From Candidatus Cloacimonadales bacterium (GTDB lineage Bacteria > Cloacimonadota > Cloacimonadia > Cloacimonadales > JAFGVF01), in assembly GCA_963663475.2 (NCBI GenBank), contig CAXXJV010000001.1:2144001-2208000 (forward strand): DNA of 64,000 nucleotides, written 5' to 3'. Every line of letters starts with the position of its first letter. Position 1 is the first letter of the stretch. Made by a program: the position numbers and the translations under genes. The notes under the pieces are model-generated. The model was not told the origin of the DNA and did not search any database. It saw nothing but the letters and a program-made list of their open reading frames with translations. Shown here piece after piece: positions 9,580 to 20,735 of this stretch.

Positions 9580-10440
9580 CTAGCTTGTAATTCCATGGTT
9601 ATCACGTTCAGCATTTTGATTTAAAGGTTCCCATAATTCAAGCTTATTTCCTTCTATATCAAGAATATGTACAAATTTTCCATAATCGTAGGTTACTATC
9701 TTATCTAGGATTTTAACTCCATTTGCTTTCATTTCTTCAACTAAAGATTCAAGGTTTTCAACACGGTAGTTAATCATAAAATCTTTTTCAGAAGGAGTAA
9801 AATAATCAGTTTTTTCATCAAATGGAGACCATTGAGTATAGGCAATATTCTCTTTATCAGGGTATTGACACCACTTGAAGCTTGTACCATATTCATCTGT
9901 GTTAAGTCCAAGGTGTTTAGAATACCATTCTTTAACCTTATAAGGGTCTTTAGATTTGAAAAAAATACCTCCAATACCACGAACTTTTTTAGACTTGTCT
10001 GCTATTTGAGATTTTGGCTCAACAATAATCATCCAGTTTATTCCAAACTTATCGGTAAATTGACCAAAATAATCACCCCAGAAGGCATCTCTCATTGGTG
10101 ATTGAATTTTACCATCCTTAGATAAGGCTCTAAAAAGTCTATCTGCCTCATTTTTAGAATCACTTGTAATAGATATTGAGAAGTTGTTCCCATGCTGAAA
10201 AGCTCCACTATTATCTTCAATATTATCGCAACCCATTAAGCTTGTCTCTTGACTAATTGGTAAGCTAACATGCAAGATTTTATTAGCATGCTTTGAATCA
10301 ATAGCTGGAAAAGCAGCTTGAGAGGGAATATCTTTGAAACGACTAAGATAGGTGAATTCCTTGCCAAAAACAGATTTGTAAAAGGTAAAGGCTTCTTCGC
10401 AATTACCATCAAAATTAAGATATACATTAACAGTGGTCAT
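9580..10440 (-). CDS. Two-part VOC/glyoxalase protein (PhnB-like domain fused to a glyoxalase-like domain)
   Basis: N-half: YLNFDGNCEEAFTFY..FWGDYFGQFTDKFGINW. C-half: GIGGIFFK..MINYRV..YGKFVHILDIEGNKLELWEP. Confidence 0.85.
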   Translation of the reverse strand: MTTVNVYLNFDGNCEEAFTFYKSVFGKEFTYLSRFKDIPSQAAFPAIDSKHANKILHVSLPISQETSLMGCDNIEDNSGAFQHGNNFSISITSDSKNEADRLFRALSKDGKIQSPMRDAFWGDYFGQFTDKFGINWMIIVEPKSQIADKSKKVRGIGGIFFKSKDPYKVKEWYSKHLGLNTDEYGTSFKWCQYPDKENIAYTQWSPFDEKTDYFTPSEKDFMINYRVENLESLVEEMKANGVKILDKIVTYDYGKFVHILDIEGNKLELWEPLNQNAERDNHGITS

Positions 10441-10540
10441 TATTTCTCCAAAATTATTTATTTCTATTAATCAAGATAATAGAATTGAAGGAATAAGCAA
10501 AGTTTATCAACAGATAAGAAAATAAGATTATCTTTAAATA

Positions 10541-10867
10541 CTAAGAAACTATAAAATTAAAAGACAAGAAAATATACTTTCCATTGTCTCTATAAGTATA
10601 ATTATCAGATATATCAAATTTTTCATTTATAAGATTAATTAACTGCTGTTCATTGATATCTTTTACATCTTCTTTAAAAAATATCAATGAGAATGCATAG
10701 ATCCCATCCCATGACCATATTTCAAATCTTGCATCGTATTCTCTTATCTTTATAAAATCTGTCATTATTATTTTTGTCCCTTCATCAAGCTTCAAATCTT
10801 TAAATTTCGCTTTAATAGATGCTTTCTCTGAGCACATAGATTCTTCCTTATTTTCAGTTTTACTCAT
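10541..10867 (-). CDS. Hypothetical protein
   Basis: 108-aa ORF with an AAGGA RBS; no family recognised. Confidence 0.6.
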   Translation of the reverse strand: MSKTENKEESMCSEKASIKAKFKDLKLDEGTKIIMTDFIKIREYDARFEIWSWDGIYAFSLIFFKEDVKDINEQQLINLINEKFDISDNYTYRDNGKYIFLSFNFIVS

Positions 10868-11041
10868 AATAATATCCTTTAGTTATTTTTAGCACTATTA
10901 TTATAAACTGAAAATCAAAAAAGTAACAAAATAAATTATTTTTTTTATATCAGCTAGTCATAAATTATATTAAAAATAGTTTTAACTTGACAATTAAATT
11001 CTAAAACCATTTATGACGATAAATAAAATAAAGGAATAACT

Positions 11042-11650
11042 ATGAATTGTAAAAACGTATTACTTCTAGTACTTGTTACAATGATTACTAGTATTTTTGC
11101 TTTTGATGGAAAACACCAAGGATTCATAGTTGGAATTGGTGTGGGATACTCACCTGTTCTCTATAAAACTGAAATAGAAAATACACAAGGTTCTTTCGAA
11201 TCTGATGTAAAATTTGCCAATGGATTTGCAACTAATACTTTGGTTGGTTATGGATTTTCTAATCGATTAGAAGCTTTTATCACTAATAAAAATGTTTGGT
11301 ATGAACGAGATAAATTTAACCAAAGATCTTCAGATGACTTCATAATTAATTTCTTATCTGCTACTGGTATAACCTACTTTTTATCTAAAGAGCTTGATTA
11401 TCAAACATGGGCTCCATCACCTTATATATCTGCTGGAATAGGTCGTTTGGATTGGATTGATTTCTTTGGTGAAAGTCATGGTAATAAGGGTCGCTTGGGT
11501 TTCTTTGTTGGAGTGGGATATGAGTTTGTTGAGCATCTAAGACTTTCATTAGATTATTATTCAAACACTAAAGAAACTTCTTCTGATAATGGAGATAAAA
11601 CAAGATATTCTCATTCCTTTATACTTTCACTAAATGCTTTTGTATATTAA
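11042..11650 (+). CDS. Outer-membrane beta-barrel protein (small)
   Basis: Signal peptide; Gly/aromatic amphipathic strands; aromatic C-terminus; paralog of the next gene. Confidence 0.7.
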   Translation: MNCKNVLLLVLVTMITSIFAFDGKHQGFIVGIGVGYSPVLYKTEIENTQGSFESDVKFANGFATNTLVGYGFSNRLEAFITNKNVWYERDKFNQRSSDDFIINFLSATGITYFLSKELDYQTWAPSPYISAGIGRLDWIDFFGESHGNKGRLGFFVGVGYEFVEHLRLSLDYYSNTKETSSDNGDKTRYSHSFILSLNAFVY

Positions 11651-11693
11651 AATTTTAATTCTTTAAGAAAAATATTATAAAAAAGGAGTATGT

Positions 11694-12299
11694 ATGAAAA
11701 AGAAAATAGGGTTAATGGTAGCTTTTATTTGTATATTGGCTAATTTGGTGGCTTTTGATGGAAATAGAAAAGGTTTTCTATTAGGTTTTGGAGGAGGTGT
11801 TTCTAGTGTTTCCTATAAGCAAGAAGTAGAGTTTTTTGGCGAAACCATCAAAGCACCAAGTGTTAGTGAATATGGATTTGTAACAGACTTCAAAATAGGT
11901 TACGCTCCTGCTAATCATATTGAATTTTATTATACAAGTAAGACTGCTTGGATTAATTTATCAAATACTTATGGTGATGATATTGTCATTGCTGATGGAG
12001 TTGGATGTATAGGATTTTCATATTTTACTGAACCAAAATTGAAAAGTGGGGAATGGCACCCATCATTTTTCTTTAGTGGAGGTGTAGGGATTTCTTCATG
12101 GTCTGCTCCTTTTGATAGTGATATTGATGATAGATATAAGGGGGCTGGAGCTTTTTTAGGTTTTGGCTATGAACTAGCTAAGCATTACAGAATTAGTATG
12201 GAATACTTTGTAAATAATCCTTCGGATGATACAAATTATGGAACTGCTACAACTTATTCTGAAGTACTGATGATAACCTTTAGTGGACTTGCTTTTTAA
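11694..12299 (+). CDS. Outer-membrane beta-barrel protein (small), paralog of the upstream gene
   Basis: Signal peptide; AFDGNRKGFLLGFGGG; C-terminal Phe. Confidence 0.7.
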   Translation: MKKKIGLMVAFICILANLVAFDGNRKGFLLGFGGGVSSVSYKQEVEFFGETIKAPSVSEYGFVTDFKIGYAPANHIEFYYTSKTAWINLSNTYGDDIVIADGVGCIGFSYFTEPKLKSGEWHPSFFFSGGVGISSWSAPFDSDIDDRYKGAGAFLGFGYELAKHYRISMEYFVNNPSDDTNYGTATTYSEVLMITFSGLAF

Positions 12300-12437
12300 G
12301 ATAATGATAGAATGAATTTAAGTGGTATTATGTTTATGGTACCACTTTTTTCATTGATAACAAGCCTAAAATTTAAATGAATATTTAAGAATGCATCAAG
12401 TTTGAGCCCCTTGTTTTTGATAAAATTCTCTTTTTCG

Positions 12438-12466
12438 TTGACAGACTAACAAAACAAAATTATAAT
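12438..12466 (+). promoter_or_regulatory. Sigma70-type promoter for purA
   Basis: Perfect TTGACA-17 nt-TATAAT, 34 nt upstream of the ATG. Confidence 0.85.
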
Positions 12467-12482
12467 GAATTAATGTTAATAA

Positions 12483-13751
<1,269 letters not shown>

Positions 13752-13762
13752 ATGTTATTTTA

Positions 13763-13800
13763 CACTCAAGAGTTCACTAGTACTCTTGAGTGGTTATTTT
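13763..13800 (+). terminator. Putative terminator after purA
   Basis: CACTCAAGAGT / ACTCTTGAGTG 11-bp stem followed by GTTATTTT. Confidence 0.6.
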
Positions 13801-13925
13801 ATTACTTTCTTAATACTTTTTCTAGATATGAGTAGAAAAGTGATTATATATAATATAGGGTCGTTTAAATAATTATAAAATTATTAGCTATTTGCTTAAA
13901 ACAATACATTAAACTTAAGGAGTTC

Positions 13926-15116
13926 ATGATGAAAAGGTCTTTTCTTATAGTAATTACTTTACTTCTAATCCAAATCAGTATAGCAGACGCTCAAGTTAAC
14001 TATAGTGCCCCTGAATTTATGCAGGCATATTACCAAGCTTATTCTAGAAACTATATCAATACATTGGCATCAGGTAGAGGAAATACAGGAGTAGCAAAAA
14101 TAGAAAATATTGAAAATGTTCTATTAAATCCTGCTGGTTTCTCAACAGATCACTCAGAAATGTATATAGAGTTCATGGTCAAACCTGAACAAAAAGAAAT
14201 TGGACATTTATATGATCAAAACTATCATTCTAATAAACCATTCACTTTTGTTGGCTTTGGATTTAATATTATTGATAAGTTATCTACTGGACTTTACTAT
14301 TCACTACCAAATAGCATTAAATACGATAGATATACTATTGATGATTATGGTACTGCTCTGATTCAAAATTCTAAACCTGAATATAACCAATATAGTTTTG
14401 GCTTAGTTAATTCTTACAAACTTGGTAAACTAAGTCTTGGATTTAATGCAAAATATGATATCCACTCAATAAAGAGTATGTTACTAAATGGATCTTCTGC
14501 TAAATTTGATTTGGACGAAAGCCTTGTTTCCTTCTCCACAGGAGCTATTTATCAAGTTAGTGATAGATTGAATCTTGGACTTGCTTACAATCATAGTTCT
14601 GAAATAGATTTTACTACCCAGTATTATTCATGGGATGTAAGTATTCCTGTAAGTTTCTCTGCAGGTATCTCTTATTATTATCTTTATGATAGTATTGTAA
14701 ATTTAGATTATGAAAAGAGGTTTAATAGTCAAATGAGTGATTACTATGATGATTTAGATATCTTCAAACTAGGACTAGAACAACAGATAAGAAATAGTAT
14801 AGTTCGATTTGGACTTATGTATATTCCATCTACATTCTCAGGACAAGTTAATCTACCAATTGCTAATCTAGATTCTCAGATAGAACCTCATTATCCAAAT
14901 AATTTTAACAATGGAATAGAGAATATACTATCCACTGAACAAACCTTCTTAACTATTGGTTATACCTTAAATATGGAAGAGCTAACCTTTAATCTAAGTG
15001 GCATGCAGGCTGTTGGTTCAGAGATGAAAACCACTCAACTTTCAATGTCTATTGGTGTTAACTTAACTGATTTCGATATAACCAAATATACACCAAAGAG
15101 TCGTGATGAAGACTAA
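13926..15116 (+). CDS. Outer-membrane protein, FadL/OmpP1-like barrel
   Basis: Signal peptide; GRGNTGVA..LNPAG plug-like N-terminal motif; beta-strand-rich. Confidence 0.55.
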   Translation: MMKRSFLIVITLLLIQISIADAQVNYSAPEFMQAYYQAYSRNYINTLASGRGNTGVAKIENIENVLLNPAGFSTDHSEMYIEFMVKPEQKEIGHLYDQNYHSNKPFTFVGFGFNIIDKLSTGLYYSLPNSIKYDRYTIDDYGTALIQNSKPEYNQYSFGLVNSYKLGKLSLGFNAKYDIHSIKSMLLNGSSAKFDLDESLVSFSTGAIYQVSDRLNLGLAYNHSSEIDFTTQYYSWDVSIPVSFSAGISYYYLYDSIVNLDYEKRFNSQMSDYYDDLDIFKLGLEQQIRNSIVRFGLMYIPSTFSGQVNLPIANLDSQIEPHYPNNFNNGIENILSTEQTFLTIGYTLNMEELTFNLSGMQAVGSEMKTTQLSMSIGVNLTDFDITKYTPKSRDED

Positions 15117-16242
15117 GAACAAAGTTTTAATAAAAAGATTAGAAGATTATAACTTAGACAAGATTGAAGCATTCTTTAAGAGAAGCTACCTTCATAAGGA
15201 TAAAGTTCTCCCCAAATTACAAGGGAAAAAGATTTTATTGAAGCCTAATCTTTTAGGGGCTTTTACTCCAGATAAAGCTGTTACAACTCATCCTGTAATT
15301 TTAGAAGCTATTATTAGAATTCTCCAGACAATTGACTGTAAAATTCTAATAGGAGATTCTCCTGGTGGTTCTGTTAATTACCAATCAGTTATAAATAAAT
15401 GTGGTATAAAGAATCTTGCTGATAAATACAATGTTGAAATAGTTAATTTGAATCACTATAAAGTAATAAATATAATGCATGGTAATTTCTCTCTAGCTTA
15501 TAGTCAGATTTATGATCAAGTAGATTATATAATAAATCTAGCTAAGTATAAAACACATAGCTTAATGCAATTCACAGGGGCAGTTAAAAACCTCTATGGC
15601 CTAGTTCCAGGATTAAAAAAAGCAGACTATCATAGACAGTACCCTAACTCTCATAATTTTGCTCAGTTATTAGCTTCACTCTATGAAGTTTTTAAAGAGA
15701 AAATTCTTTTCTCTGTAATCGATGGAATTGTAGGTATGGAAGGTAAGGGACCAAGTGGGGGAAAAGCAAGAAATTTTGCTTACCTTTTTGCCTCGGAATG
15801 TGCTTCCTCATTAGATTACGTTGCTGCCTATATGATGGGTTTTAAGCCTTTAAGTATTGATTTAATAAATCTTACCATGCAAGCTGATGGTATTTTACCT
15901 TCTAGAATTGCTAGTAATTTTCTCTGGCAAAAAAATATTATTCCAGATGTTGATACAGGTATTGTTAAGTTAAGGAATAAACTCCTAAATACTATCCCCA
16001 ATAGTGTAAGTAAGATTTTTAAGTCCTTGTTCTGGTATAAACCTTTTATAACTGATAAATGCAAGAAGTGTAATATTTGCTTGGAAAGTTGCCCTGTTGA
16101 TGCTATAAAAGCTGATGACTCAGGTAACTTGAAGATAAATGATAGCATTTGCATTAGATGTTTATGCTGCCATGAGTTTTGTCCTCACCAAGCTATTGAA
16201 ATTCAAAAATCTTCAATTGCTAGTAAGATTATCCCTGGATAA
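15103..16242 (+). CDS. DUF362 domain protein with C-terminal 2x[4Fe-4S] ferredoxin
   Basis: LLKPNLL, TTHP, GDSPG, KTHSLMQFTGAVKNLYG, DGIVGMEGKGP; two CxxCxxCxxxCP motifs. Confidence 0.9.
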   Translation: MMKTKNKVLIKRLEDYNLDKIEAFFKRSYLHKDKVLPKLQGKKILLKPNLLGAFTPDKAVTTHPVILEAIIRILQTIDCKILIGDSPGGSVNYQSVINKCGIKNLADKYNVEIVNLNHYKVINIMHGNFSLAYSQIYDQVDYIINLAKYKTHSLMQFTGAVKNLYGLVPGLKKADYHRQYPNSHNFAQLLASLYEVFKEKILFSVIDGIVGMEGKGPSGGKARNFAYLFASECASSLDYVAAYMMGFKPLSIDLINLTMQADGILPSRIASNFLWQKNIIPDVDTGIVKLRNKLLNTIPNSVSKIFKSLFWYKPFITDKCKKCNICLESCPVDAIKADDSGNLKINDSICIRCLCCHEFCPHQAIEIQKSSIASKIIPG

Positions 16243-16387
16243 TTTTATCAATATTTAGAATGAACTTTTACTAATTTAGCTAATCAGATAGAAAGTAATT
16301 TTATAGTGAAGAATATTAAGAAAAAAAGTCTTGACTAATATAATAGAAGTCCATTAAATTGTAAATACCAAACAAAGTGAGAAGAAT

Positions 16388-16717
16388 ATGGATAGATTAA
16401 AAAGGAGAGTACCACTCTCAAAAAAAATTAAGTATATGTTCATAACTGCCGTAGCATGTCTTCTCTTTGTAGTTAGTTTTGTAGGTAGAGGAAGCTTTTT
16501 AGGAGTATATCGGAATAGTTTAAGGGCTAAACAGAAAAGACAACAGTATGAGCAAATTATGACTAAAATTGAAAAAACAGATGCAGAAATTGATCGAATT
16601 CTGAATGATGAAGAATATCTGATAAAGATAGCTCGTGAAGAATACGGAATGCAGAGAAAAGACGAACATGTTATAAAACTCATCAAAACTCAGGAAAATA
16701 ATCAAACAGGAGAATAA
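16388..16717 (+). CDS. Septum formation initiator (FtsB/DivIC family)
   Basis: TM helix plus coiled coil plus [12 protein letters not shown] motif. Confidence 0.8.
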   Translation: MDRLKRRVPLSKKIKYMFITAVACLLFVVSFVGRGSFLGVYRNSLRAKQKRQQYEQIMTKIEKTDAEIDRILNDEEYLIKIAREEYGMQRKDEHVIKLIKTQENNQTGE

Positions 16718-16722
16718 TATTT

Positions 16723-17826
16723 ATGGCACAAGTAATTGTGAATAATGTCAATAAAATATATGATAACGGCTTTCATGCTGTTAAGAAAGCAGAATTTATT
16801 GCTAAAGATAAAGAATTTGTAGTCTTAGTTGGGCCTTCAGGCTGTGGTAAAACAACTACTCTAAGAATGATAGCTGGTTTAGAAGATATAACTGATGGTG
16901 AGATTAAGATTGGAGATAGAGTTGTAAATAATATAGCCCCCAAAGATAGAGATATTGCTATGGTTTTTCAAAACTATGCTCTTTATCCACATATGACTAT
17001 TTATGATAATATGGCTTTTGCTCTGAAACTACGAAAAGAATCAAAAGAAGAAATTGATAAAAAAGTCAAAGATGCTGCTAAGCTCTTAGGTATCGAAAAT
17101 CTTCTTGATAGAAAACCTAAGCAGTTATCTGGTGGTCAAAGACAACGTGTTGCTCTAGGTCGAGCTATTGTAAGAAAGCCTGCTGTATTTTTATTTGATG
17201 AACCACTTTCAAATCTTGATGCTAAGTTGAGAGTTCAGATGAGAGCTGAGATTATTAAACTTCACAAAACTCTTGAAACAACCATGATATATGTTACCCA
17301 TGACCAAGTTGAAGCTATGACTATGGCCGATAAAATTGTAGTTATGAAAGATGGAATTATTCATCAGATTGACAGTCCTCTTAACCTCTATAATAATCCA
17401 ACAAACCTATTTGTGGCTGGTTTTATTGGTTCTCCTGCGATTAATCAGCTTACAGGTAAGATAATTAAAAAAGATAATGGGTTCTACTTCACAGATAATG
17501 ATATTGTTTTAAGAATAGATGATGAGCATAAAGAAGTTTTAAAAGCTTACGAAAACAAAGAAGTTATTATAGGTATCAGACCTGAAGATATTTATGATTC
17601 AGATTATGATGATCTTGCTGAAAATCCAGAGAGAATAGAAGCTTATTGTGATATTGTGGAGCCTATGGGAAATGAATTTGTTGTCTTTTTAAAGACTAAG
17701 AATTCAAAGCTAACCGCTCGTTTTGATCCTAAAAAGATGCCAAAAATTGATGAAAATATTAAAATTACTATCGATATGAAAAAGGTGAAAATATTCGATA
17801 AGGAGAGTGAACTTTCTCTCTTCTAA
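16723..17826 (+). CDS. Sugar ABC transporter ATP-binding protein (MalK/UgpC/MsmX family)
   Basis: [46 protein letters not shown]-like C-terminus. No permease is adjacent. Confidence 0.95.
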   Translation: MAQVIVNNVNKIYDNGFHAVKKAEFIAKDKEFVVLVGPSGCGKTTTLRMIAGLEDITDGEIKIGDRVVNNIAPKDRDIAMVFQNYALYPHMTIYDNMAFALKLRKESKEEIDKKVKDAAKLLGIENLLDRKPKQLSGGQRQRVALGRAIVRKPAVFLFDEPLSNLDAKLRVQMRAEIIKLHKTLETTMIYVTHDQVEAMTMADKIVVMKDGIIHQIDSPLNLYNNPTNLFVAGFIGSPAINQLTGKIIKKDNGFYFTDNDIVLRIDDEHKEVLKAYENKEVIIGIRPEDIYDSDYDDLAENPERIEAYCDIVEPMGNEFVVFLKTKNSKLTARFDPKKMPKIDENIKITIDMKKVKIFDKESELSLF

Positions 17827-17842
17827 GTTAAAATAATTTATC

Positions 17843-17874
17843 GAGACCCTATTCATAAGGGTCTCATTTTTTTT
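17843..17874 (+). terminator. Intrinsic terminator
   Basis: GAGACCCT / AGGGTCTC stem followed by ATTTTTTTT. Confidence 0.8.
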
Positions 17875-17882
17875 GAGGTTAT

Positions 17883-18659
17883 ATGAAAAGGTTTGGTCTT
17901 GTAATTTTACTATTTTGTTTAATAAGCTTATTAAATGGGCATATTTATTTAAACAATTGTGCTGATAGAATTGGAGTAGCTAATATTTCTTTACTTTCGC
18001 AGTCTCCGATTACTTCTTACTATAATCCTGCAATTTCTCATGAAGGAATCTCATCATCAATATCTCAGCCCTATGGTTTTAATGATGTTGATAAGGGTAA
18101 TTTATCAATTTCTAAAGACTTTCAGAAGTATAACATTACAATTACTAGCAACTATCTGATTAGTCCCCACTACACTTATTTTTCCAATAATCTTGCTATG
18201 AATTATAAGTTTGATAAGTATGCTATTCTTGGCATTGGTTATAAAATTGTTAGTATTAGAGAAGAAGAAAATTACAACTTACCTGAGACTAATATTGGTT
18301 TGCTACTTCACAAAGATAATGTAAGATTAGCAGTGAGTTATTCTAATTTATTAAATAAGAAAAGTAGCCATACTGAATTACCTAATATCTTAACTTCAGA
18401 GATTTCTTTCAAACTTAACCAGTTTATAGGTCTTGCTTTAGGACTTGAAAAAGAAAAGAACTACAAGCAAACAACAAAAATTGCTATAAGATATAAAGCT
18501 CTGAAATCACTTGAACTGCTGTCAGGATACTCACTTGATCCAAATCAACTGTTTGCAGGTATGCAAGTTGATTACAAAAAGATTAAGACTGTTTATGCTC
18601 TTGAATCTCATTTAGAATTAGGATTAACTCATACAATATCCTTAATTTATGCATTTTAG
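17883..18659 (+). CDS. Putative outer-membrane beta-barrel protein
   Basis: Signal peptide; YYNPA plug-like motif; amphipathic strands; terminal Phe. Confidence 0.5.
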   Translation: MKRFGLVILLFCLISLLNGHIYLNNCADRIGVANISLLSQSPITSYYNPAISHEGISSSISQPYGFNDVDKGNLSISKDFQKYNITITSNYLISPHYTYFSNNLAMNYKFDKYAILGIGYKIVSIREEENYNLPETNIGLLLHKDNVRLAVSYSNLLNKKSSHTELPNILTSEISFKLNQFIGLALGLEKEKNYKQTTKIAIRYKALKSLELLSGYSLDPNQLFAGMQVDYKKIKTVYALESHLELGLTHTISLIYAF

Positions 18660-20085
18660 AATAATTTTCTTTATAATAATATTTATCATTCATGTTAGTG
18701 TTTATGCTGATACGAGTATTTATGATTATGAAGAAAAAGATGAATTAATCGATAGAATTAATAATGGTATTGAACAGACTCTATATGAAGTATGGTCAAA
18801 TAAAAGACTTTTTTTAACATATAGAACAGATTTATGTGCTTCTTATGAGAATCAATATCTTGCAAGCTATCAAACAAGTAATGTTGATTTTAAGTTTCGT
18901 CAGCAAGGTAATGATCATTCGCGATTATATATGTCTCTAGCTCAAGATAATTATAATTTTGGATTTGGAAGCTATGAAACAAGCTTTGGTTTAGGTAATA
19001 TTTATCACAAGAATAGTAAAGAGCATTTTAATGATAAAGTTTTTTCATCATCTAGTCTTGATCAAAATGGCTTATTCTTAGCTTATAATACCATTAATTA
19101 TGGCCTAGATTTATTTTATTCAGTAAATAATATAAATACAATAGTGAAGGATGATTTGACCAGAAAGATTGTTTATTATGATAGCAATAAAAGTCAAATT
19201 AAACAATATGGTATCAAAACGAGTTATAGTTTTTCTTGTTTGGCTGTAGATTTATTATATACTAATTTTCGCACTGACAGCTATATAGAGGATTTTGCAA
19301 ATAAGAAATCTAGCTCCTTATTCTCATATTATTTAGATTATCACAAATCTTTTATTAAACTTGCCTATGAAGGTAATTATCAATTTGATAATTTTGCTTA
19401 CGCATTTTTGTCCAGCTTTTCCCGAGATGATTTTGAAATTACGTGGAAATATAAAAAACTTCCAGAAAAATCATTAGCATGGTATAGTTCAGGAATTAGT
19501 AATAAATACAATTCTAATACTGAGATTATTGCTGGATTCATAGAATTCCCATTATTTATGATGAAATTTAAGCTAGCCTATGAAGTAAAATCAAATAATC
19601 GTATCTCTGAATGGTCTAGTAAGGAATATCTACAAATGTCTAATTTAAATAAATTCAAATATAGGTTAACAAAGGAAGTATATAAAGATTATCAAGCTGA
19701 AAAACATGAGAAGTACAGTCATTTGATTAATGCAGAAATTATGAAATTCTCTAATTCTAATATAAGTATTAACTATCTCCTCAATACTAAAAAAGAGTCT
19801 GGTCTTGCCCATAGATATAAGCTTAACTACAATCTAAAAACTAGAATAGGCTTATTTAAATCAAGTTTAACTATTCTTGATAACTACAAAAATGAAGAAA
19901 TTGTCCAAGATTTAGATCAGAGAATTATAGCCACTTTTTACAAGTATTCAGAAGATTTGATAATTGCATTTAAGTTTAAGACAAAAGACTTTCACAATAT
20001 TTCATTGCAATGTAATCTATTGCATTCTTTATATAACAATAGACTTAATTCCTTTAGAATAGACTTAAATTTTCTTCTAAAATAA
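18649..20085 (+). CDS. Hypothetical exported, probably outer-membrane, protein
   Basis: Signal peptide; Tyr/Phe-rich strands; overlaps the upstream gene, suggesting coupling. Confidence 0.45.
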   Translation: MHFRIIFFIIIFIIHVSVYADTSIYDYEEKDELIDRINNGIEQTLYEVWSNKRLFLTYRTDLCASYENQYLASYQTSNVDFKFRQQGNDHSRLYMSLAQDNYNFGFGSYETSFGLGNIYHKNSKEHFNDKVFSSSSLDQNGLFLAYNTINYGLDLFYSVNNINTIVKDDLTRKIVYYDSNKSQIKQYGIKTSYSFSCLAVDLLYTNFRTDSYIEDFANKKSSSLFSYYLDYHKSFIKLAYEGNYQFDNFAYAFLSSFSRDDFEITWKYKKLPEKSLAWYSSGISNKYNSNTEIIAGFIEFPLFMMKFKLAYEVKSNNRISEWSSKEYLQMSNLNKFKYRLTKEVYKDYQAEKHEKYSHLINAEIMKFSNSNISINYLLNTKKESGLAHRYKLNYNLKTRIGLFKSSLTILDNYKNEEIVQDLDQRIIATFYKYSEDLIIAFKFKTKDFHNISLQCNLLHSLYNNRLNSFRIDLNFLLK

Positions 20086-20734
20086 CTTCTTCAATCAAAC
20101 TGGGATAGTTGTTAGAAGTTTTATTAACTGCTTTAGAAACAGGATACATGACCAAGTTGTCGTTAGACATATTGTCGCATTTTATCAACACTTCTTTATA
20201 ATCAGGGCTTGTAAGGTAATTTGTTAACTCATTATCTTCTAGAATAATAGGCATTCTATGATGTAATTCAGATATTTGGGAGTTAGCATCTTTTGTTAAT
20301 ATTGAGAATGTTGCCTTAAGTGAACCATTCGCATAATTAGTTATATCATATATTCCTGCTAGAAAAACTAGGTCACCTTTATTTGATTTGATAAAATAAG
20401 GTTGTTTAGTCTTTTTATGCCATTCATAGAAACCTGTTACAGGTATAAGACACCTTTTATGCTGAAACAAACCCCTCCAGTATGCTTTTTCTTTAATTGA
20501 TTCAATTCTCGTATTTATTATCTTATATTTGGAAGAATCTTTTGCCCAAGCTGCTAGCAAAGTCCATTGCATGAAATCTTGAATAATTGCACCATCATGT
20601 TTAAATACAACTCCAGCATATTGACTAGGGCTAACATTGAAGTTTATTGGAATAGTCATTTCTGGATTAGCTATTTCATCAATATACTTCTTAAGATATT
20701 TATGTTTAATAACTTGAGCAAATCTTCCACACAT
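20054..20734 (-). CDS. SOS response-associated peptidase (SRAP/YedK/HMCES family abasic-site protein)
   Basis: N-terminal MCGRF, INTRIE, RCLIPVTGFYEW, HHRMPIIL. Confidence 0.93.
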   Translation of the reverse strand: MCGRFAQVIKHKYLKKYIDEIANPEMTIPINFNVSPSQYAGVVFKHDGAIIQDFMQWTLLAAWAKDSSKYKIINTRIESIKEKAYWRGLFQHKRCLIPVTGFYEWHKKTKQPYFIKSNKGDLVFLAGIYDITNYANGSLKATFSILTKDANSQISELHHRMPIILEDNELTNYLTSPDYKEVLIKCDNMSNDNLVMYPVSKAVNKTSNNYPSLIEEVILEENLSLF

Positions 20735-20735
20735 T

